A DNA stretch of 64,000 nt from an uncultured Planctomycetota bacterium (GCA_963823665.1 CAWGMQ010000010.1:2304001-2368000), one strand, 5' to 3'; counted from the first letter of the stretch, positions 39,488-50,405 are shown. Notes: generated by a model from the sequence alone, not told the origin. Made by a program: numbers and translations.

Positions 39488-42085
39488 CTAACCACTAGCC
39501 AGCGGGTCGGTGGGGAAGGCGACATCGAGGCGGAAGAGCTGAAAATCACGACGAGAGCGAAGGGGGTCCAGATCGGTGTCCCGATCGAGCATGTCGAGCA
39601 TGGCCGGATCGCGGAAGAGCCCGCGACCGCCGGCGCGACGGAGCCATTCCAGGGCCTTCGACGCGTAGACGTCGGCACGCCCGGACGACTGAGCCGCCCG
39701 GCCGGCGGAGAGTGAGGCGACGCATGCCATGTTGTACAGGTCGGGGGCCCCGCAGGCGGCGGCAGAGGCGATCGCCTCGGCCTCAGCAAACGCGCCGGGA
39801 GCATCGCCCGCGCGGGCGAGGTCCATGGCGTGGGCGAGGCGGAACGACGTGCGATCGGCATCATCGCACAGCTCGATCGCGCGGGACCATTGACGGGCCG
39901 CATCGGCGAACCGGCCCGCCTGCTCGTGCGCCTGCGCCAGTGCCCCGTTGAGTCTGCTGGCCACCAGCCGCGCTTCGGGCCAGTCGGGGCTGATGCGGAT
40001 CACACCGGCGACCTGGGCGATGCCCGACTCATATCGTTCCCGTGCCTGTTCGGTGCGGCGCCCCAAGAGCGCGAGGCCGCCCCAATTCAACGAGAGCTTG
40101 GCCAGTGAGAGCGCGGCGACTTGAAATCCCGGGTGGTCGCGCACGACGGGCGACAACAACTCCGAGGCCTGGGTGAATTCAGAGTCGGCTTCCGCGGCGT
40201 GACCGGGATTGGCGTGGATCAGCCCGAGATTGATCAGGGTTTCCGCCAGTCGCGCCCGGAGGACGAAATGATCGGGATGGGCCCGGAGCAGCGTCTTGCG
40301 GATCTCGGCGGCGCGGCGATAATGCGGTTCGGCCTCCGCTTGGCGGCCGACGTTCTGGAGGATGGTGCCCAAGTTGGTATGGCACCAGGCCAGAGCCTCG
40401 ACCCGATCGAACACGGACGGGTCGGTCTCCACCTGCCGGTCGCCCTTCTCGATTGCCTCGGCGAGGTACTTGATCGCCTCGTCGGTCCGCTTGGCGTCGC
40501 GCGCGACCGCCAGGCCGAGCTTGGTGAGGCAGTCGACCCGCGCGTGGACGACTTCGGGGTGTTCCGGCTGGTCCGCGGCAAGCCGGTTGATCAGATCGAG
40601 GGCCCGACGCAGTGTCCGCTCGACATCATCGTGCCGCCCGAGCATGGCCTGGAACATCGCGGCCTCGCCGAGCGCCTTGACCTTGTCCAATCGCGCGGAA
40701 AACTCGGCCGGGCCATCGTCCCGGACGGCCCCGTCGTAGAAGGCCAGGGCGTCCTCGATGATCTTTTGGCGGAGCCCCAGGGGCATGGGCTGGCCGACAT
40801 AGCTCGGGTCATCAAATCGGCTGAGCATGCGTACGATCGCGTCCCGGGCCGACCGGTACTGGGCATCGGCGCGGGCCTTCTCGGCGCGGAGCCGAACATT
40901 GTGCATGAGTGTGCCGGCCACGAGCCCGACAGAGCCCAGCATGACGAGCAGGGCCGAGACGGCCTTCCACGGCCTTCGCCTGGTCCACTTGGCGAGCCGC
41001 TCGGGCCAGGAGATCGGCCGGGCGTGGATGGGCTCGCCTTCGAGAAAGCGCCTCAGGTCATCGGCCAGGGACCGGGCCGAGTCGTAGCGCCGCGCCGCGG
41101 ACTTCTCCAGACATTTCAGCGTGATCGTTTCCAGGTTGCGCGGGACGTCGCGGTTGATCCGCCGGGGAGAGGTCGGCTCGGCCTGCCGCACGAGCTCCAG
41201 CGTCTCGATGGTCGACGCGGCGGAGAACGGCGGGCGGCCGGTGAGCATCTCGTAGAGGATCGCCCCCAATGCGTAGACGTCGGACAGGGGACCGATGCGG
41301 GCCGAGTTGCCCTCGGCCTGTTCCGGCGCCATGTAGTTCGGCGTGCCGAGGATGGCGCCTGTCTCGGTCCGTGAGCCGTCGCCGTCGCGCTTGGCGAGTC
41401 CAAAGTCACTGATCTTGGGGGAGAGCAGGTCGGGGCCGACGAGGACATTACCGGGCTTGAGGTCGCGATGGACGACGCCCATCTGATGGGCATGTTCGAC
41501 GGCGCGGGCGAGGGCCTCGATCAGCGTCGCCGCCTCGCCGGGTGTCGTGGGCCCGGCGCGGAGCCGCTGGGCGAGCGAGCCGCCCTCGACGAACTCCATC
41601 GCGTAATAGGGCACCCCGTCGAGCCGGCCCACGTCGTAGATCGGGACGATGTTGGGGTGCCTGAGCCGCGCCACGGCCTCGGCCTCGCGGCGGAACCGCG
41701 CCGGGCCGTCGCGGCCGGCGAGCGCCTCGGGGCGAACCCGCTTGAGCGCGACCACCCTGCCGAGGCCGAGCTGCCGCGCCTTGTAAACAACACCCATCCC
41801 CCCCTCGCCGACGATCTCGATCAGCTCATAGCGCTTCGGCGGATCTGCCAGTTCGTCCGTTGCGTCGGCAACCTTGAGCGAGTCGCGTCCGTCCGCGACG
41901 CGGAGCAGCGCGGTGAATGAGTGGCCGGCCGCGTCGACGATCTCCCGGCACCCGTCGCAGGCCGCGACATGCTCGGCGATCATCGACGACTCGTCCTCGG
42001 CGAGCTCGCCCAGCCCGAATGAGGCGAGCGCGGCGTGGGAGGGATGCAGTGCCGCTTCCGGCGAGTCGCGGGCGGAGGTGTTCAT
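39488..42085 (-). CDS. Ser/Thr protein kinase with N-terminal zf-HC2-like motif, TM helix and TPR repeats
   Basis: EHVAACDGC; GEGGMGVVY, VALK, HRDLKPGN, DFGLAK, GTPNYMAPE; TPR-like helices; GGAGGGAG RBS. Confidence 0.93.
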   Translation of the reverse strand: MNTSARDSPEAALHPSHAALASFGLGELAEDESSMIAEHVAACDGCREIVDAAGHSFTALLRVADGRDSLKVADATDELADPPKRYELIEIVGEGGMGVVYKARQLGLGRVVALKRVRPEALAGRDGPARFRREAEAVARLRHPNIVPIYDVGRLDGVPYYAMEFVEGGSLAQRLRAGPTTPGEAATLIEALARAVEHAHQMGVVHRDLKPGNVLVGPDLLSPKISDFGLAKRDGDGSRTETGAILGTPNYMAPEQAEGNSARIGPLSDVYALGAILYEMLTGRPPFSAASTIETLELVRQAEPTSPRRINRDVPRNLETITLKCLEKSAARRYDSARSLADDLRRFLEGEPIHARPISWPERLAKWTRRRPWKAVSALLVMLGSVGLVAGTLMHNVRLRAEKARADAQYRSARDAIVRMLSRFDDPSYVGQPMPLGLRQKIIEDALAFYDGAVRDDGPAEFSARLDKVKALGEAAMFQAMLGRHDDVERTLRRALDLINRLAADQPEHPEVVHARVDCLTKLGLAVARDAKRTDEAIKYLAEAIEKGDRQVETDPSVFDRVEALAWCHTNLGTILQNVGRQAEAEPHYRRAAEIRKTLLRAHPDHFVLRARLAETLINLGLIHANPGHAAEADSEFTQASELLSPVVRDHPGFQVAALSLAKLSLNWGGLALLGRRTEQARERYESGIAQVAGVIRISPDWPEARLVASRLNGALAQAHEQAGRFADAARQWSRAIELCDDADRTSFRLAHAMDLARAGDAPGAFAEAEAIASAAACGAPDLYNMACVASLSAGRAAQSSGRADVYASKALEWLRRAGGRGLFRDPAMLDMLDRDTDLDPLRSRRDFQLFRLDVAFPTDPLASG

Positions 42086-42333
42086 CTCCCTCCATGATAC
42101 CGCCGTTGTCGAGGGAAATCTCCGGGATTTCCTGCTGCGACCATCTGGCAAGGCCCGGAGAGATTCAACACAGTGTTTCCCGGCGCGCTTAGCACGTGAT
42201 CCCGCTCGAGTCTTCTCAGACGTTCCTCGCGGAGCGCGGCCGCTTCGGTCCGCCGTACGCGGCCAAAGGTGATATCGCGAGAGCGCAAACCATTTCGTCG
42301 CGTTGCGAAAAAGCAATACCAGACGAGCTCAGC

Positions 42334-42903
42334 TCAGTCGATCAGCCCGCGTCCCTCTTTGCGCAGGCGGTGAAGGACGCGGTACTTGGCGATCCGAACG
42401 GCGTTGATGCTCATACCCAGTTCGGATGCGACCTCGGCCGGCGGCCGGCTCTCGATCACCTGGAGGCGAAAGGCGGCCCAGGTCACCGGGCTGAACTCGG
42501 GTTCCATGAGCACGAGCAGGCGACGGGCCACGAACTCATCGTGCTCGCGGTCCCAGGCCTCGGCAAGGTCACTCTCGGGGTCTTCGAGCTGTGCCCATAA
42601 CGCCGGCGGTGCCTCGCCGGGCCGGGAGCGGCGGGACCTCCTCCAGAACGTGGACAGTTGCTGCGCGGTGGTCGTGCGGAGCCAGCGGCGGAAGGAGCCG
42701 GTCTGACCGGTGTGGATAAATGTGGGAATCGCGCGGACGACGGCGCCCAGGATTTCCTGCACGAGGTCATCCTCGTCGGCCTCCTGGAGGGCGCGACGGA
42801 GCCAGCGGCGGATGAGCGGCGAATACAGATCGACGAGCCTATGCCACGATGCCGCGTCGGTCGGGTCTCGAAGCCGCTCGATGAGACTGAGCGGTGTATC
42901 CAT
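42334..42903 (-). CDS. ECF sigma factor (kinase-associated type)
   Basis: TPLSLIERL, YSPLI, DDLVQE, GSFRRWL, WDREHD, EVASELGMSINAVRIAKYRVL. Confidence 0.92.
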   Translation of the reverse strand: MDTPLSLIERLRDPTDAASWHRLVDLYSPLIRRWLRRALQEADEDDLVQEILGAVVRAIPTFIHTGQTGSFRRWLRTTTAQQLSTFWRRSRRSRPGEAPPALWAQLEDPESDLAEAWDREHDEFVARRLLVLMEPEFSPVTWAAFRLQVIESRPPAEVASELGMSINAVRIAKYRVLHRLRKEGRGLID

Positions 42904-43023
42904 CGCAGAGCCTTTGAATGGTTTCATGATGGCAGGCGCGGCGTTCCAGGTCAAGCGAGAGATTTCCGGAACAGAAAAGCGCTTTATCGCGCCGGGCAGG
43001 CGGGGAAGCGAATTGGGGTGCGG

Positions 43024-43380
43024 TCATGGTCCGTATCCTTCTATTAGCGCTTGTTGTTGCGCTCTGGGCCATTGACCAGGCGGGTCGGCGAGGAACTGGT
43101 CGAGATAGGAGAGGTAGGCTTGGGCCACACGGGCGCGGGCCGCCAGGTCGGCCTGAGTTAGTCCGCGGGCCTCGCGGGCGGCACGGATCATCTGGCCCAG
43201 GGTTGTGGCACCCTCGGCCGCGGCTTGGTGCCGCCGCTTTTCCGTCAAGAGCCGGCGGCCCTCGGCGAGGATCTCGTCCTTGTCGTTCTCAACCAGCTCG
43301 CGCAGACGGCGCGCCTCAGCGGCTTCGTCCTCGGTGAGTTTTCGCGGAGTGACGAGGCGGTGGACTTTCTTGGACGGCAT
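43024..43380 (-). CDS. XRE-family HTH antitoxin-like protein, probably 3'-truncated
   Basis: LGQMIRAAREARGLTQADLAARARVAQAYLSYL, then sequence unlike an HTH. Confidence 0.7.
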   Translation of the reverse strand: MPSKKVHRLVTPRKLTEDEAAEARRLRELVENDKDEILAEGRRLLTEKRRHQAAAEGATTLGQMIRAAREARGLTQADLAARARVAQAYLSYLDQFLADPPGQWPRAQQQALIEGYGP

Positions 43381-43391
43381 GGCTGCTCCCG

Positions 43392-43440
43392 TTATTCCTC
43401 GATGTCGTAGGCCGTGACAGGCTCGAGGGTGTCCGACGTG
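43392..43440 (-). pseudogene. C-terminal remnant of a BrnT/DUF4258-like toxin
   Basis: Reads SDTLEPVTAYDIEE-stop just before the HTH gene; no start codon or N-terminus. Confidence 0.45.
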
Positions 43441-43857
43441 CTACCGCGTCGATGCTTTCGAGGATTTGCTTCCCCGCGCGGCTTTGGCGGCTGAACTTTT
43501 GCGAGTCGAGGATTTGGCAATCCTGGCGATCGACGTTGTTGCGGTGTGTTCGTCCATGAGTGGGCCGGTCAGGTCGGCGAGCGTGCCCCCGAGGACGAAC
43601 AGCAGCATCACCATCGCATCCAGCGTTACTCGGGGCGAGCAGTTCTCGATTTTCGCCACCCGCGATTGATCCACGCGGGCCATGGCGGCGAGCTGCTCCT
43701 GCGTGATCCTGCGCTGCGCGCGCAGACGACGAATGGCCATAGCCGTCGTGATTTTCAGGTCGATCAGGAGCGACTCCCCTTCGCTGAGGCCGAGGAAATC
43801 CGCGGTGTCCCCCTCTACCCAACCCGGCTTTCGGTGCAGGTCTCTGAACTTGCCCAT
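43441..43857 (-). CDS. XRE HTH antitoxin (partner of Gp49-like toxin) with Lys/Ser-rich tail
   Basis: GWVEGDTADFLGLS, ITQEQLAAMARVDQSRVAKIE, VTLD. Confidence 0.85.
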   Translation of the reverse strand: MGKFRDLHRKPGWVEGDTADFLGLSEGESLLIDLKITTAMAIRRLRAQRRITQEQLAAMARVDQSRVAKIENCSPRVTLDAMVMLLFVLGGTLADLTGPLMDEHTATTSIARIAKSSTRKSSAAKAARGSKSSKASTR

Positions 43858-43875
43858 TGTTTCATTCCCTCCCGG

Positions 43876-44227
43876 TCAATGATCGCTCTCATCATACCGA
43901 CGAAGCCGCGATTTGCATTGGTCGATCACGGCTTTCGGCGTCTGCCGCGATGTTTTCATGAAGACCTCGACAAATACGATCGAATTTGCGTCGATGCGAT
44001 AGCTAATCCGCCAGTTGTGAGCCTCGTCGCGGACACGGAGCTCGTGACATTGTGGACCGATTGAAGGCATCGGGCGCGAATGCAGCATCCCGAGCATCTC
44101 TCCGACCTGTAGGCGTCTCAAGAGCATGCCCGCCTCGCGTCTGCCTTCGTTGGAGAAGGGCGGAGACTTGACCTCGCCCTTCAACCAATGCAGTCGTTTG
44201 ACCTCGGCGGGTCACGTGCTCATCCAT
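43876..44227 (-). CDS. RelE/ParE-family Gp49-like (DUF891) toxin; 5' end disrupted
   Basis: WLKGEVKSPPFS, REAGMLLRRLQ, SRPMPSIG, CHELRV, WRI, KTSRQTP; upstream ATGs are out of frame or followed by TGA. Confidence 0.85.
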
Positions 44228-44232
44228 GAGGT

Positions 44233-44252
44233 TTAGGACAAAATGGTCATAA
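44233..44252. promoter_or_regulatory. Candidate antitoxin operator
   Basis: ttaggac-aaaatg-gtcataa, 7-bp arms with one mismatch, immediately upstream of the toxin gene. Confidence 0.45.
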
Positions 44253-44306
44253 TGTTAATACGATTCGGCGGCATTGACCGGGAAAGAATTGGTGGCAGTT
44301 TCGGCT

Positions 44307-44930
44307 TCAGGCGATCAGGTCGCCCATCTGCTCACGGAGCCGGCGGAGGACGTGCGATTTGGCCAGGCGGACGGCATTGGGGGTGATTCCTAGCTCGGCG
44401 GCGACTTCCGCTGTCGCGCGGCACTCGACCGTTGCTTGCCAGAACGCCGTCCAGGTCCGGCCCTCGACCTGGTGCTGAACCATGCGCAGGGCCCGGTCGT
44501 ACAGCCCGGTGACGTCGGCCGGGCTCTCCGAGAGCTCGAACGCGTCCGCCTGCGCGGGGACCTGCTGGAGCCGGATCTGGGCATCCGTTCCGCCGATGGC
44601 AGGCTCCTCGCGGTCGCGCGCGAGATCCACGAGTTTGTGCCGCGTGATCCCGCGCATCCAGCTTCGGAAGGTCGTCTCCGGCTGATCGAGTCGGAATTGA
44701 CCGAGGGCCGAGGCGACCGCCGCGAAGACCTCCTGCGTGACGTCGGCGACCGCGTGCTCGGCGATCCCCGCTTGTCGGCACCAGCCTTGGACCAGCGGGG
44801 AGTACAGTTTCACGAGACGCTCCCAGGCTTCCGGTTCGCGCGCGATGGCACGGCGGAAGAGAGAGAAGGACGTCGGATCTGGGGAATCCAAGGCGATTTT
44901 CTTCACCACTTCTGTTCGCGCCGCATGCAT
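44307..44930 (-). CDS. ECF sigma factor (kinase-associated type), second copy
   Basis: PTSFSLF, AWERLVKLYSPLV, DVTQEVF, TFRSWM, EVAAELGITPNAVRLAKSHVL. Confidence 0.92.
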   Translation of the reverse strand: MHAARTEVVKKIALDSPDPTSFSLFRRAIAREPEAWERLVKLYSPLVQGWCRQAGIAEHAVADVTQEVFAAVASALGQFRLDQPETTFRSWMRGITRHKLVDLARDREEPAIGGTDAQIRLQQVPAQADAFELSESPADVTGLYDRALRMVQHQVEGRTWTAFWQATVECRATAEVAAELGITPNAVRLAKSHVLRRLREQMGDLIA

Positions 44931-45400
44931 CGGGGTCCGGGCTCGCCACGCGTGGCGCGGGACTGGATGATCCTTGATCGCAGACCGCTTCAAATCCTAC
45001 TGTTAAGATCAAGATTAAGATTAGGATCAGGATTCCGACGCGTGCAGTTTACAGTAGTGTACAACTGCTTTATGGCCCTCGTGATATTGCCACTTTTTGC
45101 CATTTTTTCGAGGACTACAGCGATTGGTTCGGGTGGAGTTTCTGTTCTGTAAATGCAATGAGCGTAATCAAATGGGAATAGAGGGAGGCGTTCTTCGGCG
45201 ATGGAAAGAATCTCTTGGCACGGGCCACGCAAAATTGCCATTTTCAATCGCGGGTGTTGTTCACTATGTTTTGGGCCGTGTTTTTGCAGCACTGGGAGGG
45301 AGATTCTCGCTGCCTGGGGCGAGCGAACTTCGCTGCGCCCAAGCCCCCCTTCGCCGCCTGCGGCGGCATCTGCTCCACAACGGGTGGAGGAGTGCCCGAT

Positions 45401-45470
45401 CACTTTCGCGGAGCGCAGGGCGACATTCGGGTATGTGGGGGGAGACACTTTCGCGGAGCGAAAGGCCACA
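45401..45470. repeat. Two copies of a REP-like palindrome
   Basis: cactttcgcggagcgcagggcgaca at 45401 and cactttcgcggagcgaaaggccaca at 45446. Confidence 0.75.
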
Positions 45471-45570
45471 GTGGGGGACGCATTCGTGTTGCAGGGGGGG
45501 CGCGGCGGGCCGGGAGCGCGGTTGGGGTGCGAAAGTGAATGCGACCCAGGTGGCGTAATGCCATATTGAT

Positions 45571-45592
45571 TGGTGGGTTGCACCCACCCTAC
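45571..45592 (-). repeat. GTAG-type REP
   Basis: Minus strand GTAG-GGTGGGTGCAACCCACCA. Confidence 0.7.
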
Positions 45593-45768
45593 GGGGAGAC
45601 CGGGCTCGGCGGTTGCGCTCGGTGCGTTTGACTCGCCATATTGTGCTTGCTGGGTTCCTGTGGTTGGGTTATTGTCCCCACTCGCTCCATTTCGACGTGA
45701 CGGCAAGGGCGCTTGGGACGGATCCGGATTAGTCGCCTCGCATGATGCGAGGGAGGGGAGGGATTCCC

Positions 45769-47060
45769 ATGGTTCGCAACCGCGTTCGACGGTATGCACT
45801 TGGACTGGCCGGTGTGGCCCTGATTCCTCCGCTCCTGTGGATCGGGGTGGTTCTGATCGCGCCCACGGCGTGGGCGCGCAGGCATGTTGCCGCGGCGCTG
45901 GCAGCAAGCAGCGGGCGATCTGTTGCCCTTTCCGGCTTGACGGTGCCGCTTTTGGGCGGAGTCGAGTTCAGGGGCCTCTCCTTCGGATCACCCAAGAACA
46001 CGGACGACCCCTGGCTGAAGGCCGAGCACGTTCGGCTCGATGTCAGCGCGTGCCGGCTGCTCATGGGGAAGATCGGGCCTTGCTCGATTGACATCGACGG
46101 CTGCGCCATGCGCGTGCTGCGGCGGCTGACGGGAGCCTCGAGCTGGCCGACTTCATCTTGCCGCCGCCACGAGAAGACAGCCGGCGGCCGCACGAAGAAG
46201 ATGAAGCCGAGCGGATCGACGTTCAATTTCGCAACGCGACGGTGGCGGTGATCGATGAACCCTCGAAGAGTGTGCTGCACCTGCGGAACGTTGAAGGCGA
46301 CGCGTCGCGGGAAGGCAAGCGAGTCGTGGTGAACAACATGAGGGGCAATCTCAACGGCGGACCATTTCAATTCTCGGGACAGCTCGACCGCTCCGGAGGC
46401 GAGCTCGCGCTCGAGCTGAAATTTCGGGCCGAGAAAGTGGTGCTGGACGACGGAATGAGGCTGATTCGCTACGTTGTTCCGGTGCTGGCCGACTCGACGC
46501 TGGATCTCAAGGGGCAGCTCGATTCCGACTTGCACATTCAGGGCAAAGGAAAGACGTGGGAGACGATGAGCCGCACTCTCGCCGGCCGCGGGGCGGTTGC
46601 GATCAACCCGATTGATCTGGATGGCTCGCCGGTCGTCACAGAGCTGTCGAAAATCGTGGATCTCAAACGGCAAGGGCGGGTTGCGTCGATCAAGAGCGAC
46701 TTCGCGATCGGCAATCGACGCGTCACGACCGACCATTTCGTCCTGGATGTCGGCCGCGTGGCCTTGTCGCTGGCGGGCTGGACCGACTTCGACGGCAACC
46801 TCGAATACCGCATCAATCTGAACGGTCTTGATGACCGGCTCCCGGACACGGCCCGCCGCTTCTTGAGCGATCTCAACGTGGAAATGAAGACGCTCAAGGT
46901 GCTCACGCTCCGCGGCACGATCAACCAGATGGTGGTGGAGCTGAACGGCGTATCGCTCGATCGGGATCTGCTGCGTGAAGCCAACGTGAAGCTCAAGAAG
47001 CAGGATCGAGAGAAATTGCGAGTTCTGGGCAAGAAGCTGCTGGATGAACTTGTTCGTTGA
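45769..47060 (+). CDS. AsmA-like protein; frameshift near 46130
   Basis: N-terminal TM, SGRSVALSGL; C-terminal LAGRGAV, LAGWTDFDGNLEYRI, LRGTINQ; two overlapping ORFs. Confidence 0.7.
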
Positions 47061-47072
47061 GTGAACGGGATC

Positions 47073-47150
47073 GTCAGGCTAAAGCCTGACCTACGGGATT
47101 GTCAGGCTGAAGCCTGACCTACTTAATCGTCAGGCTGGAGCCTGAGCTAC
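47073..47150 (-). repeat. Three tandem GTAG-type REPs, 28-bp period
   Basis: gtcaggct(aa/ga/gg)agcctga(c/g)ctac at 47073, 47101, 47129. Confidence 0.88.
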
Positions 47151-47205
47151 GGCGCGGCTTGATTCAGGGGGGGGCGTGGTCTACAATCCTCACGGCGGGG
47201 GGCGG

Positions 47206-47769
47206 ATGGGCAAAGAATCGCTCGAGCAGACGAAGGGAATGCGGATGCCGAAGCGGGTTCGAACGGTCGCGCTCGCGGTGTGGCCCGGCCTGGCGCAGGT
47301 GTGGCTGGGCCAGGAGGTACTGGGATTATTTTTGGGGGTTTGCTTCGCGCTGTCGCTGAATCTTGCGATTGTATCTCGCTGGATCTGGAAAGAGATTTTC
47401 GCGTCGGGGTGGAGTGACTTTTTTTTTATTGTTGCCGCGGCTTGGTGGGTTGCGAGTCTGGCTTATACTTTGTGGTGGATCGTGATCTGCCATCCGGACC
47501 GGCACCGGGTGGAGATCGACCGGTTGTTCCGTGAAGCGCAAGAGGCTTACTTGCAAGGGAGGTGGCGGGATTCAAAGCGGCGGCTCGAGCGGATCTTGTC
47601 GTGGGACGAGACGGATGCCGACGCGCTTTTGCAGTTGGCGACACTTTACCAGCGAACCGATCAGCCGGACCTGGCTCGCCAGGCGCTGCAACAGTGTTTA
47701 CAATTAAAGCAAGGTGAAAAGTGGCGTTGGGAGATCCAGCAAGCACTCGCCAGACTGGGAGGCAAATAA
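47206..47769 (+). CDS. Membrane-anchored TPR protein
   Basis: WPGLAQVW, TM helices, AYLQGRW, DADALLQLATLY, KWRWEI; directly upstream of clpC. Confidence 0.75.
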   Translation: MGKESLEQTKGMRMPKRVRTVALAVWPGLAQVWLGQEVLGLFLGVCFALSLNLAIVSRWIWKEIFASGWSDFFFIVAAAWWVASLAYTLWWIVICHPDRHRVEIDRLFREAQEAYLQGRWRDSKRRLERILSWDETDADALLQLATLYQRTDQPDLARQALQQCLQLKQGEKWRWEIQQALARLGGK

Positions 47770-47830
47770 GCGCATCTCGCTGGGAAAAAAGGCCGCTGGA
47801 AGTTGATTATCGGATCGGAGTAGACCCGCA

Positions 47831-50363
47831 ATGTTTGAGCGCTTCACCGACCGTGCTCGTAAGGTCATGCATCTAGCCAATCAGGAGGCGCAGCGATTCA
47901 ATCACGAGTACGTCGGAACCGAGCACATGTTACTCGGCCTGATCAAGGAGGGGAGCGGTGTTGCCGCGAACGTCCTCAAGAATCTTGAAATCGATCTGCG
48001 GAAGATTCGCAACGAAGTCGAGAAGATAGTTCAGGCCGGCCCGGAAATGGTCACGATGGGGAAGCTTCCCCAGACTCCTCGAGCCAAGAAGGCGATCGAG
48101 TATGCGATCGAGGAGGCCCGCAATCTGAACCACAATTACGTGGGGACCGAACACCTTCTTCTGGGGCTCTTACGGGAGCAGGAAGGGGTGGCTGCCCAGG
48201 TGCTGTTGAACCTGCAACTGAAATTGGACGAAGTGCGCGAGGAGGTATTGAACTTGCTCGGTCACGGGATGGACGCTGGCGGCGAGAGCGAACGCGGTGC
48301 CACGTCAAAAGGCAACAAGTCCAAGACACCTGCCTTGGACTCTTTCGGGCGCGACCTGACCGACCTGGCCCGGCAAGCCAAGCTCGACCCGGTCATCGGC
48401 CGCCACAATGAAATCGAGCGTGTGATACAAGTGCTCTCGCGGCGCACCAAGAACAATCCGGTGCTGCTGGGAGAGGCCGGGGTCGGCAAGACGGCGATTG
48501 TCGAGGGCCTGGCCCAGATGATCGTCGACGGCAACGTCCCGGAGCTTCTGCGCGACCGCCGGATCGTGGTTCTGGATCTGGCCATGATGGTCGCCGGCAC
48601 CAAGTATCGCGGCCAGTTCGAAGAGCGAATCAAGGCCGTGATGAACGAAGTTCGCCGCGCCAAGAACACGATTCTGTTCATCGACGAGCTGCACACGCTC
48701 GTCGGCGCCGGCGGAGCGGAAGGGGCGATCGACGCTTCGAACGTGCTGAAGCCGGCCCTGGCGCGGGGCGAGGTGCAGTGCATCGGCGCGACCACGCTCG
48801 ATGAATACCGCAAGTACATCGAGAAAGACGGCGCGTTAGAGCGTCGGTTCCAGACGATCCTGGTCGAGCCGCCCAGCAAGGCCGAAGCGCTCGAGATTCT
48901 GCGCGGCCTGCGAGACCGGTATGAGGCCCACCACCGCGTGCAGATCACCGACGAGGCGCTCGAGGCCTCGGTCGATCTCTCCGATCGGTATATTACCGGG
49001 CGCTGCCTGCCGGATAAAGCGATCGACGTCGTCGATGAAGCCGGTGCGCGAGTTCGGCTGAAGGCGATGACTCGACCGCCCGATCTGAAAGATCTGGACG
49101 AGCAGATCGAGCGGCTCAATCAAGACAAGGAAGAAGCGGTCGCCAACCAGGATTTTGAGCGGGCCGCGTCGCTGCGAGATCAGGCCGACAAGCTCAAGAA
49201 GCGCAAGGAGACGATCACCCGCGAGTGGCGAGAGCGCTCCAAGGAAATCGACGGCACGGTGGACGAAGAGGTTGTCGCCGAGGTTGTGAGCAAGATGACG
49301 GGCATTCCGCTCACGCGGCTCGAGACCGAAGAAACCGCCCGTCTCTTGCACATGGAACAAGATATCCAGAAGAGGGTCATCTCGCAGACCGAGGCGATCA
49401 AGCGGATCAGCGAGGCCGTGCGGCGCAGCCGGGCGGGCCTCAAGGACCCCAAGCGCCCGATCGGCAGCTTCATCTTCGCGGGCCCGACCGGCGTCGGCAA
49501 AACGCTGCTGGCGAAAGCCCTGGCCGAGTTCATGTTCGGCGACGCCGACGCGCTGATCCAGATCGACATGTCCGAGTACATGGAAAAGCACAATGTCTCG
49601 CGGCTGATCGGCGCGCCGCCGGGCTACATCGGCTACGAAGAAGGCGGCCAGCTTACCGAGAAGATCCGCCGCCGGCCGTATGCGGTGGTCCTGCTCGACG
49701 AAATCGAAAAAGCCCACCCGGATGTCTACAACACCCTGCTCCAGATCATGGAAGAGGGGCGTTTGACCGACAGCTTCGGGCGCAACGTCGATTTCAAGAA
49801 CACGATCATCATCATGACGACCAACGCCGGTGCCGAGGTGACGTCGTACACCAACATCTTCGGGTTCGACCGCGGCCGTGACGAGGCGGGCAGTTACGAG
49901 CAGATGAAAGAGCGGCTCAAAGTCGCAATCGAGAAGTACTTCCGGCCCGAGTTCCTGAACCGGCTCGATGACGTGATCGTCTTCCATGCCCTCAACAAGG
50001 AAGACCTGAAGCGCATCGTCGATATCGAGCTTGCCAAGATCCGGGGCCGCATGGCCGATCGGGGACTGGAGCTGGTGCTCGACGACAAGTCCAAGGAATT
50101 CTTGATTACCAAGGGCTACAACCCGGACTACGGGGCTCGCCCCCTACGACGCGCAATCGAAAACCTGATCGAGAATCCGTTGAGCGAAGAAATCCTCCGA
50201 AACTCCTTCAAGGGCAAGGATATGGTGAGCGCCGTCGTCACGCGGCGAAGGCGAAGCCAGAAAGCTCACGTTCGTGGCGACGAACAAGAAGGAGCGTGAG
50301 GAAGCCGCGCTGGTTGCTGTCGGGGAAGAAAATACTGGCGGAGGTGCCGGCTCGGAACCGTGA
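47831..50363 (+). CDS. clpC: ATP-dependent Clp protease ATP-binding subunit ClpC; probable frameshift near 50243
   Basis: [13 protein letters not shown], two Clp-N repeats, [11 protein letters not shown] middle domain, [15 protein letters not shown]; as given the ORF stops at 50299, and the alternative frame ends at 50363. Confidence 0.95.
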
Positions 50364-50405
50364 TGAGGGGGGGCTCGGCCGCCGGAATGCACCCCCCCTA
50401 ACCCT

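Noticed and set aside
45215..45233. Sigma54 promoter (tggcac-N5-acgc)
   Set aside because: The -12 element is poor, and the next plus-strand gene is over 500 bp away beyond several repeats
44990..45907. 305-aa minus-strand ORF
   Set aside because: Made largely of translated REP and hexamer repeats and overlaps the AsmA-like start
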